The notes under the pieces are model-generated. The model did not search any database and had not been told where the DNA came from. It saw nothing but the letters and a program-made list of their open reading frames with translations. From positions 1 to 43,230 of the forward strand of contig CAZGIY010000003.1 of assembly GCA_964526445.1 (NCBI GenBank): a stretch of DNA of 43,230 bases, given 5' to 3'. This document shows positions 30,298 to 41,300 of the stretch, piece by piece. Every line of letters begins with the position of its first letter. The first letter of the stretch is position 1. The stretch comes from an uncultured Candidatus Poseidoniales archaeon (GTDB lineage Archaea; Thermoplasmatota; Poseidoniia; Poseidoniales; Poseidoniaceae). The position numbers were made by a program, and so were the translations under genes.

Positions 30298-31539
30298 ATG
30301 GGCCGGCTATGGTTGTTCGGAGGCAAAGGAGGAGTTGGTAAGACAACCTCGTCTGCAGCGACTGCTCTATGGTTAGCAAGGGCGGGTTTTCGCACATTGG
30401 TAGTATCCAGTGATCCGGCTCACAGCACTAGCGACTCATTGCGATACCCCTTGGGACCAGAACCAACTCCGGTTGCAGATGAAGAGAATCTATGGGGCAT
30501 GGAACTAGACCCTGAGAGTACCATAGAACAGGTACTACCAAAATTCAGTGAAGCCATGTCAGGAAGTATGGGGAATTCATTGACTGGGATGTTCACCGGT
30601 ATAGACACCGATTCCATTCAAGATGAGATGAGTCAAGTAGAGGCCTCACAATTGATGATTCCTGGACTCGATGAAGCCTTGGCATTTGACCAATTACTGA
30701 GGTATGTCGAAGACCCTCGTTTTGATGTCATCATCTTTGATACCGCACCCACGGGACATACCTTGAGATTCTTGTCTCTACCAGAAGTTCTAGATTCATG
30801 GATGGATAGGATTCTGCGATATTACAGAATGACTGGAGGATTGCGTATGATGTTGTTCGGTGGGAAGAAGCAGGATGCTATGCGCGAAGAGTTGGAGAAA
30901 TTTCAACGCAGAGTCTCACATGTCAGGAGGGTGTTGACAGACCCCGAACTGGCAAATTTCACTCTGGTATGCATTCCTGAGCAGATGGCAGTAGCCGAGA
31001 CAACAAGGGCTGCTGAAGCATTGGACGAATATGGCATTACAGTAAATGGGATAATCGCAAATAGAGTAACTCCCGACTTTGATCACCCCTTTATCCAATC
31101 GAGGAGAGAAACTGAGCAAGGTTATCTTGAAGATTTGAGGCAATTATTTGGCGGTCTTCCCGTAGCTGAGATCCCCCTTTCTGAATCCGACGTACACGGC
31201 CTAGATTCCTTACATTCACTTGCACTAGGCTTACATGGAGATGAACCCACACTTCCTGAGGACATGAATCCAATCTCAGTATCTAAAGGAATTCCAATCA
31301 ACTTGCGAAGAGGTTTGAACATTAGAAAAGAGGCGGGAGAGTTGGTGGTTGAGATGTATCTGCCAGCAGCAAATAAAGAAGATTTGAATCTGCGTTCAGA
31401 GGGGAATGATCTCTATATTGGAGTAAATGGCAGAGAAGCAAGAATCGAGGTCGGACACAGGGTCAAAGTCAAGGATGCTGAAGCACGATTTGAGGATGAT
31501 ATTCTCAGATTAACTGTCAATGATGAGTCGTTGGATTGA
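30298..31539 (+). CDS. ArsA/Get3(TRC40)-family ATPase with C-terminal HSP20/alpha-crystallin-like domain
   Basis: GKGGVGKTT deviant Walker A, SSDPAHS switch I, PGLDE, DTAPTGHT switch II. The C-terminal VEMYLPAANKEDLNLRSEGNDLYI...AEARFEDDILRL segment is HSP20-like. Confidence 0.9.
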   Translation: MGRLWLFGGKGGVGKTTSSAATALWLARAGFRTLVVSSDPAHSTSDSLRYPLGPEPTPVADEENLWGMELDPESTIEQVLPKFSEAMSGSMGNSLTGMFTGIDTDSIQDEMSQVEASQLMIPGLDEALAFDQLLRYVEDPRFDVIIFDTAPTGHTLRFLSLPEVLDSWMDRILRYYRMTGGLRMMLFGGKKQDAMREELEKFQRRVSHVRRVLTDPELANFTLVCIPEQMAVAETTRAAEALDEYGITVNGIIANRVTPDFDHPFIQSRRETEQGYLEDLRQLFGGLPVAEIPLSESDVHGLDSLHSLALGLHGDEPTLPEDMNPISVSKGIPINLRRGLNIRKEAGELVVEMYLPAANKEDLNLRSEGNDLYIGVNGREARIEVGHRVKVKDAEARFEDDILRLTVNDESLD

Positions 31540-31564
31540 AACGATACTAGGGGGTCGAAGGAAC

Positions 31565-32932
31565 ATGGCACTGGAGGGTCTGGCAAATGGTATCTTCAGA
31601 GCCATCGGTCGGCTAAAGGGTAGAAGGCGCCTCGATGAGGATGAACTCAAGGACATGTTACGCAGTCTCCGAAGGGCCCTGCAAGAGGCGGATTTTAACG
31701 TCAGGCAGACCAAGGAGATTACCGACCGATTGGAAGAGCGAATTCGCAATGAGGAGCCACGTCCAGGGATCACATTGCAGACTCACGCGATGAATATTCT
31801 CTATACCGAACTCGTCAGGATGCTCGGCCCAGCCCGAGAGATTAGGCCACATGGTGCAACCATCATGATGGTTGGCCTATACGGGCAAGGAAAAACTACA
31901 ACCACCGCAAAACTAGCAGAGTGGTATAGACGTAGGCATTCTCTCAAGGTTGCAGTAATTGAGGCAGACGTACATAGACCAGGGGCATATGCCCAATTGA
32001 AACAACTCTTGGAAGATAGTTCTGTAGAGGTGTATGGAGAGCCTGATGAAAAAGATGCTAGTGCTATAGTTCGAAGAGGGCTAGCCAAGCATGCTGCGGC
32101 TGATGTCGTAATCGTGGATACAGCCGGCAGGCACAGCTTGGATGAGGAACTGGTAGAAGAACTCAAGCAGATGTCCGATTTGATGAATGCTAGCGAGAGA
32201 TTTCTGGTAATAGATGCACAAGTCGGCCAAGCTGCTGGTCCTGTTGCGGCATCATTCAACGAATTGGTAGATGTAAATGGAGTCATTGTAAGCAAATTGG
32301 ACGGAACTGCGAGGGGTGGTGGCGCACTCTCAGCAGTTGCTGCTACCGGCGCACCAATCGTTTACGTTGGAATCGGTGAGAAAGTCGCTGATATCGAGAA
32401 ATTCGAATCTGACCGGTTCATCTCTAGGCTTCTCGGAATGGGAGACATCCAAGGTCTGATCGACCTCGCACCTGAAGACCTTGACGAAGAAGAGGCTATG
32501 CGCCTGACCGAGCGCATGATGAGTGGTCGCTTCACTTTGAACGATATGTACAAGCAAATGGAAATGATGTCTAAGGTTGGTACTGTTGATCGCTTGCTAT
32601 CTTTCCTGCCCGCAAACATGTTTGGCGGCATGGGAGCAATGGGTAAGGCCCAGAAAGAAGGGATGCAGGAGAATCTTGAGAAATATCGAGTCATTATGGA
32701 CAGCATGACCAATCACGAGAAGGACGACCCCCTTTGTATCAAGGCAGAGCGAATCAAACGCGTGGCGCACGGCGCTGGAGTGAAGGAAAAAGACGTCAGA
32801 GAATTGATTGCACAGTGGAATCGTTCAAAGAAGATGATGAAAGGTATGTCAGGCAATAGAAAATTGTCAAAGCAAATGCGACAGATGATGAAATCTGGAG
32901 ATTTCGATGACATGCAGAATATGGGGATGTAG
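31565..32932 (+). CDS. srp54: Signal recognition particle protein SRP54 (Ffh)
   Basis: ALQEADFN, GLYGQGKTTT, DTAGR, SKLDGTARGGGALS, RLLGMGD and a Met-rich M domain. Start ATG 31565 (MALEGLA) is preferred over 31520. Confidence 0.97.
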   Translation: MALEGLANGIFRAIGRLKGRRRLDEDELKDMLRSLRRALQEADFNVRQTKEITDRLEERIRNEEPRPGITLQTHAMNILYTELVRMLGPAREIRPHGATIMMVGLYGQGKTTTTAKLAEWYRRRHSLKVAVIEADVHRPGAYAQLKQLLEDSSVEVYGEPDEKDASAIVRRGLAKHAAADVVIVDTAGRHSLDEELVEELKQMSDLMNASERFLVIDAQVGQAAGPVAASFNELVDVNGVIVSKLDGTARGGGALSAVAATGAPIVYVGIGEKVADIEKFESDRFISRLLGMGDIQGLIDLAPEDLDEEEAMRLTERMMSGRFTLNDMYKQMEMMSKVGTVDRLLSFLPANMFGGMGAMGKAQKEGMQENLEKYRVIMDSMTNHEKDDPLCIKAERIKRVAHGAGVKEKDVRELIAQWNRSKKMMKGMSGNRKLSKQMRQMMKSGDFDDMQNMGM

Positions 32933-33523
32933 ATGCAAAGACGCTTCGCCATAATCGGTCACAGAGCCACCTCAAATGGCAAGTTGAATCTCAACGACCT
33001 CGCAGGTTCTTGTGGACGAATGGATGTTCTTATCAGAGCGGTAAACAGCGCACTCTTCCTTTCTCACGGGCTCAGAGAAAATTGCCACATTACATTGCAC
33101 TTGATGGGTGGACCCGGCCCATGTCGTAGAATTTGGTTTGACTCGAATAGGCTCAAGGGCTTACATGTTGAGGAACGCGCAATTGCGGGGAGAATTTCTT
33201 CTATTCTACAAGAGCCAGTTCCTGCAATCGGACAGATGATCGAATTCAGCCCAGGAATATGGCACTCAGGAGGAGACATATCCAATACACTATCAGAATG
33301 GTTGCGCGAAGAGTTAAGCATCATTCTACTCGACGCTGAAGGTCCCGAATTGGAGAACGGCCATGATGAAGAGCGAATTGGATTCATTTTGAGTGACGAC
33401 CAACCATTCAGCCAAGATGAAGAGGAATTATTCGGCGAGTTCCAAAGAAGATCGGTAGGCAAGTTGTGGTTGCAGGGTCACTCTGCGATTACAGTAGTAC
33501 ACCACATTCTAGATCAATCTTGA
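32933..33523 (+). CDS. trmY: tRNA (pseudouridine54-N1)-methyltransferase, SPOUT family
   Basis: LNDLAGSCGRMDVLIRAVNSALFLSHGLR, EER, FILSD and SVGKLWLQGHSAITVVHHILD match TrmY motifs. Confidence 0.92.
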   Translation: MQRRFAIIGHRATSNGKLNLNDLAGSCGRMDVLIRAVNSALFLSHGLRENCHITLHLMGGPGPCRRIWFDSNRLKGLHVEERAIAGRISSILQEPVPAIGQMIEFSPGIWHSGGDISNTLSEWLREELSIILLDAEGPELENGHDEERIGFILSDDQPFSQDEEELFGEFQRRSVGKLWLQGHSAITVVHHILDQS

Positions 33524-34383
33524 AACCAAGTTGGCCAACCATTCCTGGCTTGCATATGTTCCTCAAATACTGTATCAGGTGGAAAATCTGGGTGCTGCGA
33601 AGGATGTGCAGATAGGAGACTTATCGAAGCCTCCCCTCGAACAATCGCATCTACATCTCCAGCCTCAGATTCCCCATTCACTATCTCGCTTGCACCGATT
33701 TCGATATGATTACCTATAAGGCTCAAAGCACCGAGATAATACCGCCGACCTAACGTAGTACAAGTGAAATCCCCCGTCCATTCTGGTGGTATGTTCACAT
33801 TGAGGAATGACTGTCCACTAAGGAATGATTGCAAGGCATTATCTTCCAGACCCGCGTCTATGTCTCGTGGCCAATTAACCGGTTCTTCTGGAATTATTTC
33901 AAGCACCTTCTGCAGTTTCTTACTACTCGCATTCAATGCTCTCGGCATATGAGATTCATCAAATGTAGTTAGAGAAATTGCAACCCCTGGAATCCCATAT
34001 AGAGAAGCCTCCCTTGCCGCTGCAATAGTTCCACTGTGCCAAACGTCAACAGATAGATTTGAGCCCACATTTACCCCACTTACCAACAACTTGGGTTTGC
34101 TATCGATACCCAATTTTTCTAGGATTCCATCACCTATTGCTATGGCACAATCAGAAGGTGTTCCTGCTAATGAAAACACTCTGAGCCCTTCCTTTTCCAG
34201 TGCAATATGGTTCTTCAGTTCCAAGGGCTTTCTCAGAGTCAGAGACATTCCACAAGCACTGCGGTTCTCACTTGGAGCAAAAATGACCACTTCCATTCCC
34301 ATGTCAAGAAGAATTTGCGCTAGAGTATGAAGCGCCGGGGCAGCTATTCCATCATCATTACAAAGTACCACACATGAGCTCAT
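33514..34383 (-). CDS. surE: 5'/3'-nucleotidase SurE
   Basis: CNDDGIAAP, FAPSENRSA, GTPSDC, VSGVNVGSN, SGTIAAAREA, GIPGVAIS, LNVNIP. Confidence 0.95.
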   Translation of the reverse strand: MSSCVVLCNDDGIAAPALHTLAQILLDMGMEVVIFAPSENRSACGMSLTLRKPLELKNHIALEKEGLRVFSLAGTPSDCAIAIGDGILEKLGIDSKPKLLVSGVNVGSNLSVDVWHSGTIAAAREASLYGIPGVAISLTTFDESHMPRALNASSKKLQKVLEIIPEEPVNWPRDIDAGLEDNALQSFLSGQSFLNVNIPPEWTGDFTCTTLGRRYYLGALSLIGNHIEIGASEIVNGESEAGDVDAIVRGEASISLLSAHPSQHPDFPPDTVFEEHMQARNGWPTWFQD

Positions 34384-35318
34384 TCCTCTTCATCCCCCTT
34401 AGCTAATTCCAAAGTCACCAACAACGTTCCAGCAATAATCAATGGGCCTCCCAACCAAGTCCAAATTCCCGGTATACTCTCAAGCCCCAATATCCAACCC
34501 ATCAATGAACCGATTAATGGTTCCATAACAAGTGTCACCGAAACCACAAGCGGAGGTAGCCAATGCAAAACTGCATTGATTCCAGTATGGCCGAATAAAC
34601 CGGGCCCAAGTGCAAGATATGCAACATATGGCAACCAAATCAACATCGACCAACCCAAGAGGCCAGTACTCACCATTCCTAGAGGTGCACCCTCAATGAT
34701 CATCGCTGAAATCGAAAGACCGATGGCGGCGATCAATGTAACTGGAAAAGCATAGAGGAACAAAGGCATCCACTCCCTCAAGGTCCTACCTGCCGCTAGA
34801 TAACCCACAATAGCAACTGCTCCTAAGAATGCTAACATGTCGCCAAGAACAGAAACACCTTCCTCACTCCCTGCTCCCATTATCGCCAATGCTGCACCAG
34901 TAAAACCGAGGAGTGCTCCAATGATTTCTTTGCTAGATGCAGGCCGGCCAAGAACCCACAATCCAACAATTATGACCAAGGGGTGAGCCGTGACGAATAG
35001 AAGACTATGAGTTAGTGTAGTCTCTTCTAAAGACCATAGCCATGAGCCAAAATGAATTGTGAGGCATACTCCTGAAGCCAGAATTATCAATGAAGAATTC
35101 TTGCTAATACAGCGCTGACGTATCTCCTGTCCACTAGAACGCCATTGTAAAACAAAACCCGGTAACAATACAACTGCTGTAGCCTGTAACCTCCAGCCTG
35201 CCTTGAGCAATGGACCTGGCCCTTCCATCATCTCAAAGACGGCGCCTGCACTACTGACAGCAAGTAACGCAGTTCCTAGAATCAACCATGCCCGTAAAGG
35301 CACTGAAGAGTTGGACAT
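34380..35318 (-). CDS. DMT/EamA-family transporter
   Basis: About 10 TM helices in two repeats, with HFGSW, GDMLAFLGA, GHT and MEPLIG motifs. Confidence 0.88.
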   Translation of the reverse strand: MSNSSVPLRAWLILGTALLAVSSAGAVFEMMEGPGPLLKAGWRLQATAVVLLPGFVLQWRSSGQEIRQRCISKNSSLIILASGVCLTIHFGSWLWSLEETTLTHSLLFVTAHPLVIIVGLWVLGRPASSKEIIGALLGFTGAALAIMGAGSEEGVSVLGDMLAFLGAVAIVGYLAAGRTLREWMPLFLYAFPVTLIAAIGLSISAMIIEGAPLGMVSTGLLGWSMLIWLPYVAYLALGPGLFGHTGINAVLHWLPPLVVSVTLVMEPLIGSLMGWILGLESIPGIWTWLGGPLIIAGTLLVTLELAKGDEEE

Positions 35319-35327
35319 CCAGACACC

Positions 35328-37871
35328 TCAGGCAGACAACTTTGCGTCTTCCACATCATTACCGCCGATGATTCCAGCGCGCTTGAACAACACGTAAATT
35401 ACCCAAGCCATCAAAACGTTGAGTAACAAGAATCCAACCAAACGAATGTATTGCCAAGAACTACCAATAATTGTCCCACACTCACCTGCACCTGTGTCCA
35501 TGTACAAATTACATCCAGGCGCATCGTAATTTGAGAACCATCTGTCGACATAAGAGGGAGTTCCAGCATCGACCAACACTCCTAACTCATAAGTTGGCGG
35601 AGCATATCCAATTGTATCGATAAATGCGAATACTGAAGCTTCAGTTCCAAAGAAGGCTTCGCCAGTAAGCATACCAGCAGCAATCATGAAAGTACCTAGC
35701 AGGATAAGCGCCCGTCTTTTCTCGGCCATAACCGGACCTTCAGCCTCTCTGATCTTCTCCACTTTCGGATTTAGGCGCTTAGCCTCCCAATAATCCCTAG
35801 CTCCTCCACCGATTAGCATCGGGAAAGTATGTGGCACAGTAAGATACATTCCAAGCCCGAATGAAGTTCCCATTCCTGTAGACCATTCAACGAATACTCC
35901 AAGCAGGAATCCTAGACCGAGTAGAATCAAATCTCCTTGCCCCTCAGAAAGTAAGACCGAGAATGTGGCGAAAGCATTGGCTTGTGGGGCCGCAAGGTCA
36001 ATGGTTCCATCTGCAAGCATCTTGGAAAGGAATATCGCAACTCCTGCTCCAAGAATACAACCTGGAACTACACCGATTATGTTTCCCTTGGAGATATGAT
36101 AGGGTCGATTTCCAATATACAGGCTGTTCTTGTAATCAGCAACTACTGTTCCAGACATTGAGATTGCTGATCCGAAAACTGTAGTTCCAACCAAGCCCAA
36201 TAGAATCGCCTCTTCTCCAGAAAGTCCCAACTGAGTATCAAACGTCAAGAACAATCCCATCAACATCAGCAGTACGATGAACGAAGTTCCACTGACTGGT
36301 TCAATACCGGTCTCACCCATCACTCTGACCGCGATTGCTCCAAGCAAGAAGGTTGTAGACAGTAGAATGATTGCGAAAATTATTGCAGGAAGAACTCCAA
36401 AACCTCCAGCAACGAAAATTACGACCATCGCTATTGCGGTAATCAACATGAGGATTGGAATATGTTTGAGAGGCCACTCATACCATCCTTTTCCAGGCAT
36501 GTATTCCTGACCTGCATCGCCGCGGAACGCATCAGCGATGTCCTTACCGATGGTTGCAAAGGTCTTCCACATCTTAATCAAACCAAACAAACCTCCACCA
36601 ACAATTGAACCAATGGCAATCATTCGGATAACGTTCTTCCATGCGATCAACGATAACGCGCTCTCACCAGATGCCGCAGCATAGTCTAGAATCGGAACGG
36701 TTTCCTGCAGACTAGCATCGTAAATTGGATAGTTGAAAATTATGACTAGCGGGACCAAATATAGCCAACCTACAATCGTACCTAGATTTACCAAAAGGGC
36801 TACTCTAAGTCGCATGAACCAACCTATGGCAAGCATAGAAGGAGTCAGGTAAACTCCTACCCAAGTATAGGCGAAAGGGTTCCAAACAGTATCAGGTTCA
36901 CTACAGCCCTCTGGAAATCTTGCTGTCCATTCTGCATCTGTTGGAGAGATACCGTCGCAAGTATATGGGTAAGTAGTGACATGCTTTGACTGTCCCACTC
37001 GAGGACCGGTATCATGCAAACCTGCTGGCTGATGTAATACACTGCTTGAGTAAATATTCGCTAGACCATATCCATTGATTGTCATAGTTTCAGCCAACCA
37101 ATCCATCAAAGCAACCCTTCGTCCTTCAATCCAAATGAGTGGATATTCAATGATGAAAAGAGCCCCCATGGTCAGAACTGTCCAAACTCCAACCTTTCGT
37201 AAGGCGTCTTGAGCCTGTTCCACAGCCCCTACATTGACATCGCTGGCAATATCCAACATCTTGAGATAGGCCTCGAATCCAGGAAGCGGCAGAGGATCTT
37301 CAACCAACCATACTCTTCGGAAGATGATGAAATACATTACACCAAGGAAACCTGCGAACATGCTTGCGATAATTCCAATGAATGCCAACTGCCAAACATC
37401 TGGAGAAGATATCAACGGTTGACCACCGACTAGATAATTCGCTGCCGGCCCAGTTTGTGCTAATAGAAAAATTGCGGGAAAAGTGAAGATAAAACCAGTC
37501 GATGCATGAGTTGCTCCCGTGGTTGCTGAAGTTGCAATATTAACTTCAGAAGGAGACCACCTAAGGGCCATCCCCAGTAGGTAGGCGATATACCAAGCGG
37601 CTGAAATCGCTAGTCCTAGTTTCAGACCGATATATGCAGTAACTCCAGAAAATACTGCACCGATAGCGACGCCAATCATGACTCGACTTGTGCTCCAATG
37701 GCTTATCTCAAACGTTTCTTCGAGGTTCTTCTCCTCAAGATATTGTTCTAGCACACCGGTGTTGATATTGTTGTACATGTTGTCGTCAAGCCAAGTCAAC
37801 TCGCCCTTCTCGATAGCCTTCAGACCTTGAGAGGTAACCGGCTGTCGGTATGCGCTTCTCTTGACCCCCAT
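35328..37871 (-). CDS. OPT-family oligopeptide transporter
   Basis: AYIGLKLGLAIS, FIFTFPA, LPLPG, GETGIEPVSG, APQANAFA and FGLGMYL motifs, many TMs. ATG at 37871 (TTG 37874 is an alternative start). Confidence 0.92.
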   Translation of the reverse strand: MGVKRSAYRQPVTSQGLKAIEKGELTWLDDNMYNNINTGVLEQYLEEKNLEETFEISHWSTSRVMIGVAIGAVFSGVTAYIGLKLGLAISAAWYIAYLLGMALRWSPSEVNIATSATTGATHASTGFIFTFPAIFLLAQTGPAANYLVGGQPLISSPDVWQLAFIGIIASMFAGFLGVMYFIIFRRVWLVEDPLPLPGFEAYLKMLDIASDVNVGAVEQAQDALRKVGVWTVLTMGALFIIEYPLIWIEGRRVALMDWLAETMTINGYGLANIYSSSVLHQPAGLHDTGPRVGQSKHVTTYPYTCDGISPTDAEWTARFPEGCSEPDTVWNPFAYTWVGVYLTPSMLAIGWFMRLRVALLVNLGTIVGWLYLVPLVIIFNYPIYDASLQETVPILDYAAASGESALSLIAWKNVIRMIAIGSIVGGGLFGLIKMWKTFATIGKDIADAFRGDAGQEYMPGKGWYEWPLKHIPILMLITAIAMVVIFVAGGFGVLPAIIFAIILLSTTFLLGAIAVRVMGETGIEPVSGTSFIVLLMLMGLFLTFDTQLGLSGEEAILLGLVGTTVFGSAISMSGTVVADYKNSLYIGNRPYHISKGNIIGVVPGCILGAGVAIFLSKMLADGTIDLAAPQANAFATFSVLLSEGQGDLILLGLGFLLGVFVEWSTGMGTSFGLGMYLTVPHTFPMLIGGGARDYWEAKRLNPKVEKIREAEGPVMAEKRRALILLGTFMIAAGMLTGEAFFGTEASVFAFIDTIGYAPPTYELGVLVDAGTPSYVDRWFSNYDAPGCNLYMDTGAGECGTIIGSSWQYIRLVGFLLLNVLMAWVIYVLFKRAGIIGGNDVEDAKLSA

Positions 37872-37934
37872 CAACTCACTCCGCGCTGCCGGCGATCTTG
37901 TCGAAGAAGAACCACTTCAATACAATATCTATTC

Positions 37935-37955
37935 TTGCGCCCCTATGGGGCGCAA
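37935..37955. terminator. Perfect GC-rich hairpin (9-bp stem, 3-nt loop) downstream of aIF5A
   Basis: TTGCGCCCC-TAT-GGGGCGCAA, 10 nt after the aIF5A stop. Its function as terminator, processing site or operator is unproven. Confidence 0.45.
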
Positions 37956-37965
37956 CAAATAATGA

Positions 37966-38352
37966 TCAATGATCTCGAATAATCTTGTATCTTCCCAAGG
38001 CTTCCATCCACATGATTTCGCCTCCGGGTTCGATGTTCAATCCATCGTCCAATGGCAAGACCATCATCTCGTATGTTTTGGCGTCCATAGCGTGAACTTC
38101 CTTACCCTCGATATGAGTGACCGTTGCGCTACCTTTCTCAATCATCGGGACGTTGATTGAATCGGTGACACTCCCAACGTGACTGATTTTCTGCCCGGTA
38201 AATAGATTGGTACATTCAATACGAGCCTTCGCACTACCGTGCTTTCCGGGCTTAGACTTGGAAATACTGAGAATCTTGTAAGCCTGGTCATCCACGCAAA
38301 GATATCTTCCAACCTTCAATGTTCGAATCTCTACTCTAGTTGTTCCGGGCAT
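37966..38352 (-). CDS. eif5a: Translation factor aIF5A (eIF5A)
   Basis: Hypusination motif SKPGKHGSAKAR, 128 aa. Confidence 0.97.
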   Translation of the reverse strand: MPGTTRVEIRTLKVGRYLCVDDQAYKILSISKSKPGKHGSAKARIECTNLFTGQKISHVGSVTDSINVPMIEKGSATVTHIEGKEVHAMDAKTYEMMVLPLDDGLNIEPGGEIMWMEALGRYKIIRDH

Positions 38353-38394
38353 GACGCCTGCTGGGATATGTGGCTTATGAGAGTTGGCTAAACA

Positions 38395-41300
38395 TCACTC
38401 CTTCCAAGGCCGCCATCTACCGTCACCTTGGTCGCGGTACCAATTCTCCCCACTATATTCCAACCATTCCCAACCGTCTTCATCGAGGATCCCTTGTATC
38501 TCCCTCGAAGGTCCCGTATAATCACTCAACGTATCTGGAGAAAGTCCCAATTCTGCTTCTTGCAAATCATTCTCAACATTGGAACGTACTCGCTCGAGCA
38601 TCAGCCCTTGATGAGGGCCTAACAATCTGTATTTGAGAGCATTCTCGTAATCCTTACTGGCGTCTTCAAGGGCAATGAGGTTCTGGCAATTCCGCAAACG
38701 CTCAGCAAATCTTTCACCCCTACCCTTGCGAGTTAACAAACCAAAGGACAACCACGAGGCCATAGGTAGCCCGACTAAAATTCCTAACAAATCCCATGCT
38801 CCCAATCCAATCTGTGTACCTGGAACCACGACTTCGAATGATTCAATCGGCTTCTCTGCCGAACTGAATGCATCGGTACCCAAGCGTTCCTCTTCTGAAT
38901 CTGACCAGCCATCATTATCATCATCGTTATCTTCGTTATCGCCAATGCCATCTCCATCAAAATCGCTGCATTCTTTAGATAGGGTTGGAAACAGGTCTAC
39001 CTCGTCCATGCATCCATCAGCATCTAAATCTCCCGGGCTGGAGAACTTGGGGAGAATATCCATTGTGTCATTGTATCCATCATTATCGAAATCATTCAGG
39101 AATGGATCGGCATTTACGCCGCTCAGATTATCGCCGAGACCATCGCCGTCAGTATCATACCATTGACTAGCTTCATCTGGAAACAAATCCGGTTGATTAC
39201 CATTGGGATTATCGCCATATCCATCTCCATCCCGATCCGTGCACTGTGTGAAATCATAAGGGAATGCATCTGGATTGACCCCTAGTGGGTTATCTCCACA
39301 TCCATCTCCATCTAAGTCTGACCACTGAGTCGGCTCGGAAGCAAACCTATCTGCTTGCAAACCACTCTGGTTATCTCCCCATCCATCACCATCTGAATCC
39401 GACCATTGTGTCGGATTGTAGGTGAAAGCATCAGGCTCATTACCAGTGGGATCATCTCCATACCCATCGCCGTCCATGTCTGACCATTGTGTAGGGTCAT
39501 CTGGGAAGTGGTCTCCTAAGGTGCCATATCGGTTATCTCCGTGGCCATCATAATCGGAGTCTGCCCATTGTGTTGCATCATTAGGCCAAAGGTCCAATTC
39601 CGGCGCCCCTGAATTGTCTGCATACCCATCACCATCCAAATCCGACCACTTCAGGGAGTTGTCAATGAAAGCATCTCCATCATCCGACCAATCATCAGAA
39701 TCGGAATCTGGACAGCCAAATCTGTCTGCACTGGATGTGCCATGCGTTGAGGGGCACGCATCCCCTTCAAAACCCAGCAGATTATCCCCGAATCCATCTC
39801 CATCAGAATCTTTCCACTGCGAAGCATCATCGGCAAAGACATCTCCTTGATTTGACCAACCGTCCTCATCCGAATCTGGACAGCCAAACATATCAGCATG
39901 GCTTACTCCATACTCTTCTTCACAGGAATCCGGCATGTTTCCAGACTGATTGTCACCATAACCATCATCATCACTATCCTTCCATTGGGTCGAATCATCA
40001 GGCAACTTGTCAAACATATTGGAAACGCCATCGCCATCAGTATCAGGACAACCAAAACGATCCAAGGTCGAGTTTCCCCATTGTAAAGGACAATCGTCTG
40101 GATTATTTCCTTCTGAAGAATCTCCTAAACCATCTCCATCGCTATCGCGGAACTGCGTGTCATCGAGGGGAAAGGCATCGTTTCTGGCGGAATATCCGTC
40201 ACCATCTTGATCGGATTCAAATATCATCAGCGAATAACCATCCAATGACAATAGATTACCAACTACCAATGCTCCTGTTTCATTGGCAGATAAAGCCCCA
40301 GGACTGCTTTCAAGACCATAAGCCGAAGCTTCAATTGACCAAACCTCCTTTCCTCTTTCCGATTCAACGGTCAGCAATGCTACACCCATTTCTGCCACTC
40401 CAGTAATCAGATTTGCTGCAAGAGTTATCGAACCCTCGTGACCGATACTGAATGTTGTAAGGTTCTCGGTCAATCTAGAAACTGCACCACCGTAGTCATC
40501 TCCTTGTCCACCATATGATCTAGCGTGTTGCCATGTTCCATTCTGAATATCCAATATCCCAATAAATGCATCATGACCACCCCTAGTGGATACTGGAATC
40601 ATTCCTGCAGAAACTCGCTTTCCTTGAGTGCCATACACGGTACCAACAACGTACACATTGTCAGAATGAACAGAGACATCATTCAATTGTTCATCTCCAG
40701 CAGTTTCTCTAGAGCCAACACTTGCAGACCATATCAGATCAAAATTGGAATCTAACTTCAATACCACCCCTTCTGAATTTTCATCATTCACTCCTGAAAT
40801 CAATGTCGTGCCATTGTATTGCACACCTTCATCAGCAGAACCTGAAATCAGCAAGTTTCCATCAGAATCTATTGAAATCGCATTGAAGGATGCATCCTGA
40901 TACGAGTTAGGGTTGGTACAACAACTTGTACTAGCGAGGGTTTCCCATCCTCCCGCATTGGATACATGGCTAACAAAACCAACGCTACTTGAACCAAGAT
41001 TAGATATTGAATGCGATCCAAAAGTTGCTTCCGAATTAGCCTGACCGACCACGTAGGCACCAGTTTCTGATATTTCTAGATCGAAAACACTGGCTTGTCC
41101 CGAGTTTCCATCAGAATGTTCATGATCAAGAAACCCTCCATTTACATCCAATCTGCCAACTATTGCCCTGACTTCGTTATTGCTTGCAGATGCTGCTAAT
41201 GTCTGGGAACCTATTGAAATCGAACCCTGAAAAGCGCCTCCTATCCATATCGTTGAATTATTTCCACTTGCATCACCATCCTCTTTTTCTATATCAACAC

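Noticed and set aside
30298-31539. Arsenite-efflux ArsA
   Set aside because: Single ATPase domain, no arsB/arsD/arsR neighbours, no evident metalloid-binding Cys set.
39735-40406. 223-aa His-rich plus-strand ORF and other short track ORFs
   Set aside because: Antisense or off-frame shadows of well-supported genes, here the Asp/Gly-rich TSP3 repeats.
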